The notes below the pieces were generated by a model, which was not told the DNA's origin, searched no databases, and saw only the letters and a list, made by a program, of their open reading frames with translations. Below, piece by piece: positions 14,370 through 26,994 of a stretch of 64,000 bases of DNA; positions within the stretch are counted from its first letter, which is position 1, and each line of letters starts with the position of its first letter. Position numbers and translations under genes: made by a program. Origin of the DNA: Adineta vaga (Eukaryota; Animalia; Rotifera); NCBI GenBank assembly GCA_021613535.1, contig CP075493.1:4092001-4156000 (forward strand). Reading direction: 5' to 3'.

Positions 14370-15581
14370 TTATTTCGATGTAAAATCCAGAACGACTCGG
14401 CCACTAATTCTATAATTGATCATATCATCGAAGATTTCATTGATCTCTTCTAATTTTCGTTTTTGAACTTTACACTCGATTTTATGATGTCGGGCAATTT
14501 CTAAACATTCTTGTAAATCTTGTCGTGTACCAACAATTGAACCAACTAATTCAATTCCACCTAAAACACAATCGACAATGGGAACAGCCATTTTACCATT
14601 CGGTAAGGCAACAGCAACAACACGACCACCACGTCGAACAGATTGAAATGCTTGTTCAAATGCGGCTACAATAGGTACAGTAACAACGGCTGCATGGACG
14701 CCACCAACTTTGTCTTGAATCCATTTGCCATGTTGATCGGGTGTACCATCGAAAACTTCTTCAGCTCCCATTTCTTTTGATAATGCTACAGCAGTCTATA
14801 TAAATAATAACAACAATACGTTGATTCCTACTAGAAAACAAATATATCAAAATCTTGTTTACTTTATCATTAGGAGCAACAACAGCAACAACGCGCATTC
14901 CCATTGCGACTGCGTATCTAACAGCAACTGATCCTATATTAAACAAAAGCAAATTTGACATAAATATAGTAAATAATCGAATTCTTTTCGTATTTACCAA
15001 GACCACCAACACCAACGATCGATACCCATTGACCAGGTCGAACTTGAGAAACTTTCAATGCTTTATAAACAGTAACACCTGCACAATAGAGTGGAGCAGA
15101 TGTATACGGATCCATTCCATCCGGTAATTTTACTGCAAAATTCGCATCCATAAGTCCATATTCAGCAAAACATCCATCAATTGAATATCCAGAATTTATT
15201 TGTTGTTTACAAAGAGTTTCTCGACCAGTTAAACAATATTCACAATGAAGACAACTTGCATGTAACCATGGTACACCGATAATATCACCTTTTTTCAAAT
15301 GATCGCCAACCATTGAACCTAATTCAACGATTTCACCAATACCTTCATGACCAGGTATACGTGGTAATTGAGGTTTAACATCCCAATCTAATTCAAAGAA
15401 ATACGAAATCAACGATCAAATAATATATCTCTATTTTACCTCCATGTGCAGCATGTAAATCGGTGTGACAAACACCACAAGCAATATTTCTAATTAAAAC
15501 ATCATTTGGTCCAGGTTTTGGAATTTCGACTTGTTTAATTTCAAGCGGTTTCTTGAATGCAGTAACAACAGCAGCTTTCAT
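14370..15581 (-). CDS. Zn-dependent alcohol dehydrogenase, AdhP/AdhA (microbial)-type, three introns
   Basis: [15 protein letters not shown]...[14 protein letters not shown]|[16 protein letters not shown], structural Zn cluster [36 protein letters not shown]. Confidence 0.92.
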
Positions 15582-16936
15582 TTTAATCTAACATAAAGAT
15601 AAAACAGTCGACAATTAAGAATTTTTTGACGGAGAAAAACAAATCATATTGTATCTTATCTGTCGTAAATTTCACCGATTTCTCAGTCGATATTTATAGA
15701 CCTTGACTAAGGGCAACGCGTTCGAATGAAGAAAAAAAAGGGAACTAATAGGACATTTGTGAAAGAACGCAAAGAAATATATAGAATGGAGAATATTTCA
15801 TCTATCATGACTATTTACTACAATATGACTAGAAAGAAAGATTATCGAAAACAAAACAAAAAAGACATGTTTCTTTACTTTGATATTGTCTTTAAATTTA
15901 TATATAACCACGCCCGACCACCACCCTTTACGAAATGAAAATGCAATACTATCGACGAGCGAATCGTTGATGAAGAAAATAAAAACATCGCAGCAACTGA
16001 GAGACGTGTAAAGAGAAAGAAGCGTACATCAAGACTTTAGAGAACAGAAAAGCAAAAAATAGAATCGGGTACATCAACCCTTATATTTCCTATGCATGTG
16101 TTCGTAGCGAATAATTCTTCTATCCGAAGAGAACGGCATAACCATAATGTGTGTCAAAACAAAACTCTTCATACGCAAAGAAAAAGGAAACGATGTTTTT
16201 CTTTGAATTCTTGTAATAAAAACTAACTGAAACATCCATCTGAAATAATTATCTATTCATTTTTAACAAAACAGCATGTGGTAGTTATCAAAGAAAAGAA
16301 AACAGATGACAAGCAAGATATTTGTTAGTCATTTTATCTGATCAGAAATATCATGAATAAATGAACTTTTGAAAAAAGACGCACAACAACGATAGATAAA
16401 CGGAAATATATAAAGAACTAATTGGAGCAGAGAAAGATTACTCGAAAAAAGTCGATAGAGGTCAGAAAAGGACATCGTATAAAAATCACACACTAAATAA
16501 AAACGACGTAGTTGAATCATAGAAGATGTCTCACAATCGATAATTGGTTCAACTCTTATTGAGTTTCAAGGATGCCTTTACTTTCACGAGCAAAACGAAA
16601 TCTTTTTCGGATGAAAAAAAAGAGCGTTCGAGAATGTATGTGTGCGGGGGGAAAAAGTACTATACATGAAATTTATCGAATGAAGTAAACAAACACTCAA
16701 AACGATGTTCTTTTTTTCTTTCCCTTTCACCTTCTTTAATATTATTAGAACGATAGTATAAGTGCATACGCACAGAACGAATACAATCCGACGATTATTA
16801 TTTTTCGCATGAATGAGAAATAAAGAATGATAAAGTTCATTTTCGATTTCTATTAGTACAGAAACAAAAAAATATTCACATTATAAACAAAACAAAATGG
16901 GATTAGTTGCTTGTTTTTTAATCTCTTCCATAATAT

Positions 16937-18314
16937 TTACAATCTTTCAGTTATAACAGGAGGCAAAGCAAGTTCTTCGATTGTTACTGTACTATGTTTA
17001 TAGCTCTTCATTGCTGCTTTTAGTTGTTCTTCACTTTCTTTTAATTTTGGATCTTTAAAATCATATGTTACAACATTCAGATTAGGAAAGTTAAACAGTA
17101 ACAGCTCTTTCAAATTGTTCAATAAATCTTTACTAGGGGTATAAGTGCCAGAGCCATTGTCAAACACAATCTCCCATTCATTGCTATCATCATTAGTCTC
17201 ATTCCAATGATTCCATCCATTCTTTGGTCGAATGTGAAATTCACCTGCATATCGAACATATTCACTGCCATTTGCTAACAAAGCATGTTTACTGGCAAAA
17301 TCCGTAAAAAACTGGCCACCTGTTTCACTAAATCTCCATGTATAATTATCGATCACATATGTATAAATAGATGGTTTGATTCGTTTTGTTGTTTTGTCAA
17401 CAAAGACATGTTTCCATAGATCATCAGCACTATTCAAATGACCATTTTCATTGTGTTTCACAGTTCGGCCGTAGAGTGCTTTGTGTGTTAGTTTAATGGT
17501 TGTTTTAGAGAGAAGAGAAACTGGACATTTACCAAAGATAACTTGTGCTGATCTGTAGTGAGTATTCCAATGTTGTCGTTGATATGGTGGAAAGTAAACT
17601 GAAATACGTCGCATGGGTATTTTCCATGTTGAATAGACACAATCAGCATTGAGCATAGTTAATCGACCGATGGCATATGAATCATGACGAAAGTATCGAC
17701 AAGGACCGTCGAAAGTGTAGCGAGGCAGTCGTTTTGTTTCATCCGATGATTGCATTGATTGGATCGATAAATGAAACTGACCATGTTTATTTCCTGCGAA
17801 ACTGATAATATCATGACCGCCAGGTGGAGCGTGATAATTCATGATATTAAGTATTTCAATTCGACCGATATAATCATCGGTAGGTTCTTCATCATCTTTA
17901 TCGAATAAAGTAATCGAAAGCTTCGCAGTCATTGGAATATTTCGAACAATCCATTGTTCGTTATCCCATTTCGGTGACGAAGTGTTAGGTAAGATCGATG
18001 ATCTAGAATATATGTATTGAAAGTCGTCTTTTCTATCACGTAAGAGAGAACATATTTACGTGTAAGTTATTTGATGATCAATATTTGCTATAAAATACGG
18101 ATCGCTATATCCAATAATATCCGTTTTTGGTAAATTCTATAAGAAATATAAACTTTATTTTTGTCAATAAATTCTCAAATTCAAATCAAAATCTCACTTC
18201 TGCTGACAGAAATTGAATAACAACATCATATGCGTCAGATGGTTCACTATATACCAATAATGTTGCTTCAGGAATGACACTTTTCAATCCATCGGAAACA
18301 GTATGTGAAGACAT
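16937..18314 (-). CDS. C2-domain protein with uncharacterised C-terminal domain (copy 1)
   Basis: MSSHTV...VVIQFLSAE|NLPKTDIIGYSDPYF...|SSILPNTSSPKW...LFDKD....DDYIG defines a C2 domain. The C-terminal domain carries YTYVI...WRFSETG...SKHALLA...YAGEF...DNGSGTY.P. Confidence 0.82.
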
Positions 18315-19749
18315 ATGGGTAGCTACTATTTTATTTTGATGTTTTTGTTTTTTGTTTCTGGTCTGTATTATATGAAAATATTATGATCATAATGATTTAA
18401 GAGATTATGCAGTATTTCTTTTTTTCCTTTTGTTTCGTCAGTTTGATACATACGTCAACGTTAAGATTAGTCACGTATGTGTGTATAGTAAAAGAGAAAA
18501 AAGAAAGAAGGTGCTCATTCTGACTCATCAACGTCATTACTTTTCTACGCATATACGTAGTAAATTAATTCGTCTAATATTTTTTGTAATTGGGTGTATT
18601 CGTAGCGTAAATAGGCTGGAAGAATATTGTTTTTGACTGTAAAGTTTCGATTCTAAACTATTGATTAGACCATAATCAATAGAATCATTCTACACTTGGT
18701 TATTCATTTGATTTATATCATTTTTTATTGAATAATAATAATTCGATCCATATCACAAACTATCGTTTAACATTATTTGAACAAGTCTGTCAATGACTTG
18801 CTGTGAAAGTAATATCTACTAATATCTACACAATTTATTCTTCCTAATTTGATAAATACAACAATTTACACAAATAAAATAGTTATCTAATATCTTCATT
18901 TTCTGCACGTACAGTACCATCACATATATTTGGTACCTTTGGTAGGTAATGACTAACAAGTTGATCAAGTGCCTTGGTTACAGATTTGTATTTTTCCATT
19001 GCTGCTTTTAGTTCTTCAACACTTTTCTTTAATTTTGGATCTTTAAAATCATATGTCACAACATTCAGATTAGGAAAATTAAACAGTAACAGCTCTTTCA
19101 AATTGTTCAATAAATCACTACTTGGTGCATATGTGCCAGAGCCATTGTCAAACACAATCTCCCATTCATTGCTATCATCATTAGTTTCATTCCAATGATT
19201 CCATCCATTCTTCGGTCGAATATGAAATTCACCTGCATATCGAACATATTCACTGCCATTTGCTAACAAAGCATGTTTACTGGCAAAATCAGTAAAGAAC
19301 TGGCCACCTGTTTCACTAAATCTCCATGTATAATTATCGATCACATATGTATAAATAGATGGTTTGATTCGTTTTGTTGTTTTATCAACAAAGACATGTT
19401 TCCATAGATCATCAGCACTATTCAAATGACCATTTTCATTGTGTTTCACAGTTCGACCATAGAGTGCTTTGTGTGTTAGTTTAATGGTTGTTTTAGAGAG
19501 AAGAGAAACTGGACATTTACCAAAGATAACTTGTGCTGATCTGTAATGAGTATTCCAATGTTGTCGTTGATACGGTGGAAAGTAAACTGAAATGCGTCGC
19601 ATGGGTATTTTCCATGTTGAATAGACACAATCAGCATTGAGCATAGTTAATCGACCGATGGCATATGAATCATGACGAAAGTATCGACAAGGACCGTCGA
19701 AAGTGTAGCGAGGCAGTCGTTTTGTTTCATCCGATGATTGCATTGATTG
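17012..19749. repeat. Direct duplication: ~750 nt near-identical tract (17012-17761 vs 19000-19749)
   Basis: The two segments align base for base with only scattered substitutions, and similarity falls off outside them. Confidence 0.9.
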
Positions 19750-20289
19750 AATAGATAGATAAAAGCGACCATTATATTGACCAAAAGCACCGATAATTTT
19801 ATGGCCTTTTTGAGGAGGTTGATAATCAATAAGATCGTCAACAATAAAACGACCAATATAATCATCAGCAAGTTTTTCATCGTCTTTATCATAGAGTTTA
19901 ACAATTAATTTAGCATTACGAGGAATATTTCGTACAATCCATTGTTCATTATCCCATGTCGGTGATGAAGTATTCGGTGAAATGGCTGATCTTAAAATGA
20001 TTGAAGGTATATTTATTTCTCTTTCCATTCTACAGTAAACTTACGTGAATGACATATGTTCATCGATTCTAGCAACAAAATATGGATCATTATATCCGAC
20101 CATATCCATTCTTGGTAAATTCTAAAAAATGAAATATCAGATAAAATGAAATAAAACTATATAATACCATACTTTAGCTGAACAAAATTTAATAAATACA
20201 TCATAACTATCAGGAAAACTTTCATTATGAAGAATTGAGTTTTCCGGAATTGTTAGAACAAGAGCAGATGCAATTGAGTATGAAGTCAT
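18883..20289 (-). CDS. C2-domain protein with uncharacterised C-terminal domain (copy 2, tandem paralog)
   Basis: Same exon structure as copy 1 (MTSYS...KFCSAK|NLPRMDMVGYNDPYF...). The C-terminal domain is nearly identical to copy 1 at an offset of 1988 nt. Confidence 0.82.
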
Positions 20290-20942
20290 TACTATTTATG
20301 TATCGAGAAATATCTTACATGTAATAGTACTCTTAATAAAATTATTACCGTTCACTATACTTTTATATGAATATTTTCTTTTTGTGTAGGATTTTTACTC
20401 ATTCATGTATATGATTCTATGTCACGCTTTATCTATGAGTGTCATTGAATAATTTCATCATGTTCCAATATTGACAAAATTGTGACGCATTTCAATTTAT
20501 TCGTCAGAATGCTTTTCATTCGTTCGGTTAACTTTTATTTTCTTTGTATAGGAAATGACTCATATGTGACATGCTTAATCATCGTAACCATGCAATCACA
20601 TCACATTGTGTCTGTGTTTGTGTATGTGTAAAAAGAGAGAGACAGAAAGAAAGGAGAATCTAGGCGTATCATTGGTTATGTATACTATTTGCATTTTGAT
20701 CGTATTTTTTCTCTTTATCATATTCAAACAAAAATATCAACTAGTAAAATAGAAAAGAAAGTAAGCATTACTTTTAACGTCATAAAAAAACATTTCGGGT
20801 ACAATTAATCAAAAATAAATTTTATCAGTGACTGTACAGAAAAGGACATGATGTACTTGGATTGGTAAACGAAGGACATGTAAACAAATCTATTTCATGC
20901 TACAAAAAATTGTACATTAAATAAATCAAAATAAAAAAAGAT

Positions 20943-22981
20943 TTAAAATGCTTGAATATTCGGATGTTTAACATCCTCATTATTTGTTGTCGATGTATCC
21001 GATGATGATATTGTCCACAGTTCTTTACTATCATTATCCATTAATTTCAAATCGATATCAATATCAGCCATGGAAATTGCTTCGGTTAATTTTTTCTTCA
21101 TGAGATTTATTATTCGATCCGTTGGTTGATTATCTTTCTCAAGTTTTTTATTATTAAATGAAAGAATAAATTGAAATTTACAGGATTGATGTTGATCATG
21201 TTTGATTTTACCGTGAAATGTTGAAAATTGTTGAGAAAAAACTGCGGATAATTCTCGTCTACGACTTCCTTTTCTCGACAATACACCTGATTTTGTATCA
21301 TCATCAGTATTTGTCATCATATCTAATTCAACTGAGGATATTTCTGGTTCTGCTATATACATTTTTCGATTATATACACGTTGATAACGATCAACAAAGA
21401 CTGATATCAGCATACCCATCATTGCTGGACCACTTAGAGCACATATACAAGTTATAATACGACCGGCAGCTGTAATTGGATACATATCTCCATATCTAAA
21501 ACAAATGTAAAAGATCGAATACATAGGTTTCAAACGATCTATTTAATAATTTACCCAACTCCAGTCATTGTAATAATTCCCCAATAAGTTGCACGAGGAA
21601 TTGAATCAAATACATCCGCATTTGTTCCTTGTTCAACAAAATAAGTTGCTGTACCAAATAAAAATGCAACTAAAGTTGCAATCGTAATCATAACTGCAAA
21701 ATCAATTAATGATTCTTTTAATGTTGCACTCAATACACGTAAGGATTTCAATCGTTTAAATACTAAATAAATTTTAAAAATTCGTGAAAACCGTAGCACT
21801 CGTAAGATGCGTATGCAAAGTATCACATTTGTATCTAAACCAATATCTTGATCAGCCAATTGAATAGCAAGAAAAACATAATAAGGTACGATAGCACCTA
21901 AATCTATCCAGTTAAAAAATGAAAGTATAAAACGAAAATATGAAGGTGTACTGATAAATCGAAGAACGAATTCGATAGTAAAAAATATCACACAGATTGT
22001 TTGAATAATAAAAAATGGCGAAATAAATAATGCTGAACAACGTGGAACATATGTTGCATTTAATGAAAGATTTGCTCGTTCTTTACAAATATTATCCCAA
22101 TGATCGGTATAATCAGGTAAAGATTCAACAGCTAATGAAATACACGAAAGAATGGTGAAAAGTGTAGAGATGATATTAATCGCACGTGAAATTGAAGAAT
22201 GTTGAGGAAATTCCAGATAAAACCAAATATATCGCCGCCAAATCATTTGTGGCATGGCAATTTTTTCTACATCCTTAATATTTTCAACTTGACGAGCTTG
22301 AGTCGCTGCATCGTGACCCAATTCGAAAAATGCAATTTCTTCAAGAAATGTATCAATGGGAACAAATTCTGGCCGACGAAGACGTCCATGGGATTGATAA
22401 TAATACAGAATAGCTTCGAAACACGTACGATGTCGATCAAAAAAATATTCTTGTGTTTGAGAATTCCAATAATATTTACGTTTTTTAGCATTTCCTAATA
22501 ATGTATTCGGATATAATTCTAATGTCTCAAGATATGTTTGAAAACGATCGCCACTAACATTAATAGTTATAATTGATGGTTGTTCACTTTCATCAGGTGT
22601 TAATCGACTTAGTCGTCGAATTGAACGTATTTCAAGTAGTTCATCACAGAGATTCAATGGTATCGAACTAGAATCAATTAGCATTCGATTAGAATGATTA
22701 GAAGTTGATTGTATTGAAAATTACCTTAGAGCATCATGATTTCTAATTTCAGGAAACATAAATGAACGATTTAAACGTGACGGAGTTTGTCTGCTACAAA
22801 AAGAAAATGAATTAGAAAGGATTTATCTCGATGTATCCAAATTACAACAAAAAACATACGGCGAAGATTTCGATAATGTTGAATCATGTTCAGCAGATAT
22901 AGTTGGTATTTTTAGTTTATGTTTTGTTGAATTATGACTGCTGGTACGTTGTTTGTGATCATTCGATAAGTCGTCTTGCAT
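20943..22981 (-). CDS. Shaker/Kv1-like voltage-gated potassium channel subunit (divergent)
   Basis: T1 domain INVSGDRFQT...YPNTLLG...EYFFDRHR..FEAILYYYQS.GRLRRP, S4 RILRVLRFSRIFK, pore TYWGIITMTGVG|YGDMYP. Start at 22981 reached through two short introns. Confidence 0.9.
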
Positions 22982-23970
22982 CTTCGTCTTAATCGATGTC
23001 TAAATGATTTATGACGAAACAAATAATGAATACAGAAAAAAACAGAAAGAACGAAAGAACATATTAGACCATGTGGATAGTAAATACTCATTCACTGTAC
23101 TAACTGTATGGTTAAATTTGATTGTTTTCAAAATATGATCTTGTTTTTATGAAATAAAAAAAAACCGTAATGATATATACATATGAAAAGCACGTTTACA
23201 GGTACGCACAATCGAAGGTAAAATCTATACAAATCAATAATATGTATTTTTCTCTCAAGTGGAGAAAAAAATATATCCTGAAAAATAGATAAAAATATCG
23301 ATTAACTTCAAAAGGTTTATCTGATATGTCACAAAGCACAATTAAAGGTAGTTTTATGGATGAAATCAATAACGATCTAAATAAGTTAAATCAAACTGAT
23401 TAACTATTCTCTTTGTTAAAAATAATATTCATATTGTTGTGCATCTGCTTTTCTATCTGCTCCATTATGTTGCGAAGTCAACAGCAATCATCGATGAATG
23501 GATTGTACATTTAAAGCAGTTATTTTCATATTTTAAATTACTATGGATACCATTTGAACTACTATTTAAATTTATAGACACGATGAAATATGTATTTGAT
23601 AAGACTCTTTTGAAATTTAGTCATTTGCAAAAGAACTTTTTAGTAGAAAAATATAAAACGATATTAATGAACAACGAGGTCATATGAATAGTTTCGATTA
23701 TGAATTAAATACTTTCTACTAATCTGGAAAATCTCTACAATAATTTTCTCTGTTAACTATTCTTAATGACAAGATTTCATTATAAACATACTTAGATCAA
23801 GAATTTCCTTTCGCCTTTCTACTTTTTCACAGTACATTAAAGCCATTAATTTCAGGTATAATTACACTTGACAGTATGACATCAGTGATTCTTTTAAATA
23901 ATATAAATCATGTACCAAACGATGAAAATCAATTAATTTATTTTAATAAATTCATAAAACAACAACATAC

Positions 23971-24951
23971 TTATCTTCTAAACATTGATTGTAATAGATT
24001 TCGCAAAGTATTTCGAAAAATTCGTCCACCACTCAATGTATAAATATAAAAGGGCATTCCACTAGCAGCATAACTGAGAAGTAAAACAAAATTATAAAGA
24101 AAATGATCCATAGAAATGTGTAATAACAATTTCTTTTCAGACATTGTTAATGTTGTATATAATTTTTCAATGACTTGAGGAATTGTTAATAAAACTAAAA
24201 GAATAATTTGTCGAAAAAGTACATGTAATAGGTATCGATCAAGTTTTCTCCAACGTTCTTGCTGAATATAGATCTGATTTTCAGTTCTATTCGGAATAGT
24301 TTGCCGTTGTAATAATATTATCGAAGAAATTTGACGAACATTTGAGATTGTCATTAAACCAAATATAAACATAGTCAATATTGGACATAGAATTGTTATC
24401 GATGCATAAATTATATCCGTTATCAAACGACATCGAACATCCTTTCCATAACATTGAAGTGGTGCATCGAAAATATTCGCTTCATAACAATAAAGTACTT
24501 GACTATAGATAAGTGAACAACATACAACAAATAGAATAGATACTCGTTGAGCATTTCGTAATGAACTCAGTTTTCGTCTTTGATAGTGATGACATGATGA
24601 ACACCAACGATCAAAAGTTGCTAATGCGATTAGCCAAAATGCAATTGTTCGTGAAACTAACATAATATAAACACGAATTTTACAAAGAGAAGTATTTGTA
24701 TTTGTAAAGTCTAGATGCCATCCGGATAGAATTCGTGTTGTTAAACCGAAACAAATCGAAATAAGATTTGCAATTGATGAAAGAAGAAAACAATATGCAC
24801 ATGGATTTAATCGAAGTGATGGTTGAGATAAAACTAAACAATTCAAAAGATTTCCAATTGTTCCAAAAAGTAAAATAATAATCGAAAAATAACGATTAAA
24901 TTGAATAGATAGTTCATTTAATAGTCTACTTAGCTCAACCTCCGATGACAT
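23971..24951 (-). CDS. Rhodopsin-like (class A) GPCR, intronless
   Basis: Seven hydrophobic segments; GTIGNLLN (TM1), CKIR, FDRW (DRY-like), PFYIYTLSG..FR (TM7/H8). Confidence 0.85.
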   Translation of the reverse strand: MSSEVELSRLLNELSIQFNRYFSIIILLFGTIGNLLNCLVLSQPSLRLNPCAYCFLLSSIANLISICFGLTTRILSGWHLDFTNTNTSLCKIRVYIMLVSRTIAFWLIALATFDRWCSSCHHYQRRKLSSLRNAQRVSILFVVCCSLIYSQVLYCYEANIFDAPLQCYGKDVRCRLITDIIYASITILCPILTMFIFGLMTISNVRQISSIILLQRQTIPNRTENQIYIQQERWRKLDRYLLHVLFRQIILLVLLTIPQVIEKLYTTLTMSEKKLLLHISMDHFLYNFVLLLSYAASGMPFYIYTLSGGRIFRNTLRNLLQSMFRR

Positions 24952-25829
24952 GATTCTAGTTGGAATAAGAAAGCAAAAACATCTTGAGTTGATAATAATC
25001 TGTTTTTTCTTTATACGAAATACCTCATTAGAAAAGATCAAAAGAAACTAAATACTGGTTGTGATTAATAGTGTAATATAACGTGTGATATTATCATAAT
25101 TTTAACATATGAAAAGAAGAAGAAGAAGAAGAAGGATTCTGACAGGTAGAAATATTTACTTCATAACAAACAGGTTTAAACGACTTCTTTTTAATGTTTC
25201 CATCAAATATGATGATAAATGTGATGACATATCTCTTGTGTATTACTTTCTAGAAAACATGATGTTGTTCTCATTTGTTCATGGTATTAATTTTTTAAAC
25301 ATGAAGATCTTTTTCTTTTTCTCAAATAAATATTTCATAGCTTTATGACAGAATACAAATGTGTGGGAACACAAGAAAACTTCCTATCTAACGATAAAAA
25401 GAAGATTTCTATAAGAATGCAATTATTATTTGATGTCTGCTATCTTTTTATGTCCTATATTCTTCTACCATAATCAAAGGTTATCGAGCTCAGTAAAATA
25501 TTCTCATAGATAAATAAAAAACATTTCAATTGATGTAACTGTGATTTTATGATAATATACGTAAAGTTTATGATCGATGAAGGAAGAATAACTCTGCATT
25601 TCATAAAAACTCATTGGTTAAGAATGTCATATACATGTTTTTGATCTCGTCTGATATGTTAAGTATTTGAAGTGTATTGAATTGAGACTGAATAATAGTT
25701 ATTTATCTTGATTTCAAAATTATATAACAGTGCACTGAAAGAAGAGAAGGAAAATAATAAGTTACACATGTATATAATATAACGAAACTCATAAATTTTT
25801 CTTTCGACATGAATATTTCGGTTGATCAA

Positions 25830-26147
25830 ATGCATTTTTTAGTGATATTTTTTTTCTGTCTGCTGAATATATCTTTATCCATGGTACTTCACGAAGAGCA
25901 ATGTTCGTGTTCATGTTGTATTGGATTAGGATGTACACTTCAACAAAAACCAGATTTTCTTGTACCATGGTGTGCTGCTGATGATGATACATGTATAAGA
26001 CATTGTAGAATGATTTTTCCAATGGATTGTAATCATATTGATTCGCAAACATTTGCTGTTTGTCTTTCACATGCATCAAACGAGATCAAGAAACATGATA
26101 ACAGTTTAATTTTTCTTAATCTTATGTTCATTCTTGTAATCTATTAA
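25830..26147 (+). CDS. Small Cys-rich secreted, probably GPI-anchored protein
   Basis: Hydrophobic signal MHFLVIFFFCLL, a CSCSCC....C motif plus five further Cys, and a hydrophobic C-terminus. Confidence 0.65.
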   Translation: MHFLVIFFFCLLNISLSMVLHEEQCSCSCCIGLGCTLQQKPDFLVPWCAADDDTCIRHCRMIFPMDCNHIDSQTFAVCLSHASNEIKKHDNSLIFLNLMFILVIY

Positions 26148-26153
26148 ACTTTC

Positions 26154-26639
26154 TCAAGAAGAAGAAGAATTAAAACCACCGTAATTAAATTGAATTTTAT
26201 CATAAATACCAGCTTGTTCATTTCGATCAACTGTTACTGTCAATGCCCATTGTGAATCAGCTTGAAAAGCAATTTTTTCTAGTTGTCTATTTTTCATTGT
26301 ATATTCACCAACGACTATATGTAGACCATTCGATGGAATTGTACGTAATTGAAATGTTAAACCAGATAATGACCGTCGACCATCTAAAATACAGGAAAGA
26401 TTCGTGAATGTTTGAGTTGGATCTGAATTTGATGGTGTACAATCCCATACATAATTATCATATTTTATTTGTAGATTGAAATTCCATCGAGTTTGATTAA
26501 GAATAGAACAACATGACCATTGTTTAGACAGTTGATCTAAACAACAAGTATGATCATTTGAACAATATCGACATTGAGCGTAAATATATGGAAGAGAAAG
26601 AGTCGTAAGAAAACTTATGATTAATATGTATTTTATCAT
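26154..26639 (-). CDS. Secreted protein with granulin-like Cys cluster and beta-rich C-terminal domain
   Basis: Signal peptide MIKYILIISFLTTLSLPYIYA followed by QCRYC...HTCC.......WSCC; uninterrupted ORF. Confidence 0.65.
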   Translation of the reverse strand: MIKYILIISFLTTLSLPYIYAQCRYCSNDHTCCLDQLSKQWSCCSILNQTRWNFNLQIKYDNYVWDCTPSNSDPTQTFTNLSCILDGRRSLSGLTFQLRTIPSNGLHIVVGEYTMKNRQLEKIAFQADSQWALTVTVDRNEQAGIYDKIQFNYGGFNSSSS

Positions 26640-26994
26640 GATGATGAAGTTTTTTGAAAATAATAGAACAAAGGATATTATTCTCATATCGTTAATATTA
26701 TAGTGTAGTCTGATATCTTTTGACCTAAAAAAGTATAGATAAACTTTTTCTTTTTATTTACTTTACACAGTAAAAATCGAATATCTTCAAAAATACTTAT
26801 ACAGTTCTTTTTTATAAGAAAAGAAAACACAAGTCTATATTAATTTTATCTATGGATTATAGTGGATATTTCTTAGAATATTTATTTATGAAAATGAAAA
26901 AATAAATGATTGACAAAAATGATGGAGAGTATTTTCTGTTTTAAGTAAATCACACACGAAAGAAAAGAGAATCCATTTCTTGTACTTTGCACGA

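Noticed and set aside
18658-18682. 10-bp inverted repeat (ctattgatta/taatcaatag)
   Set aside because: Short and AT-rich, expected by chance; no TSD or element body.
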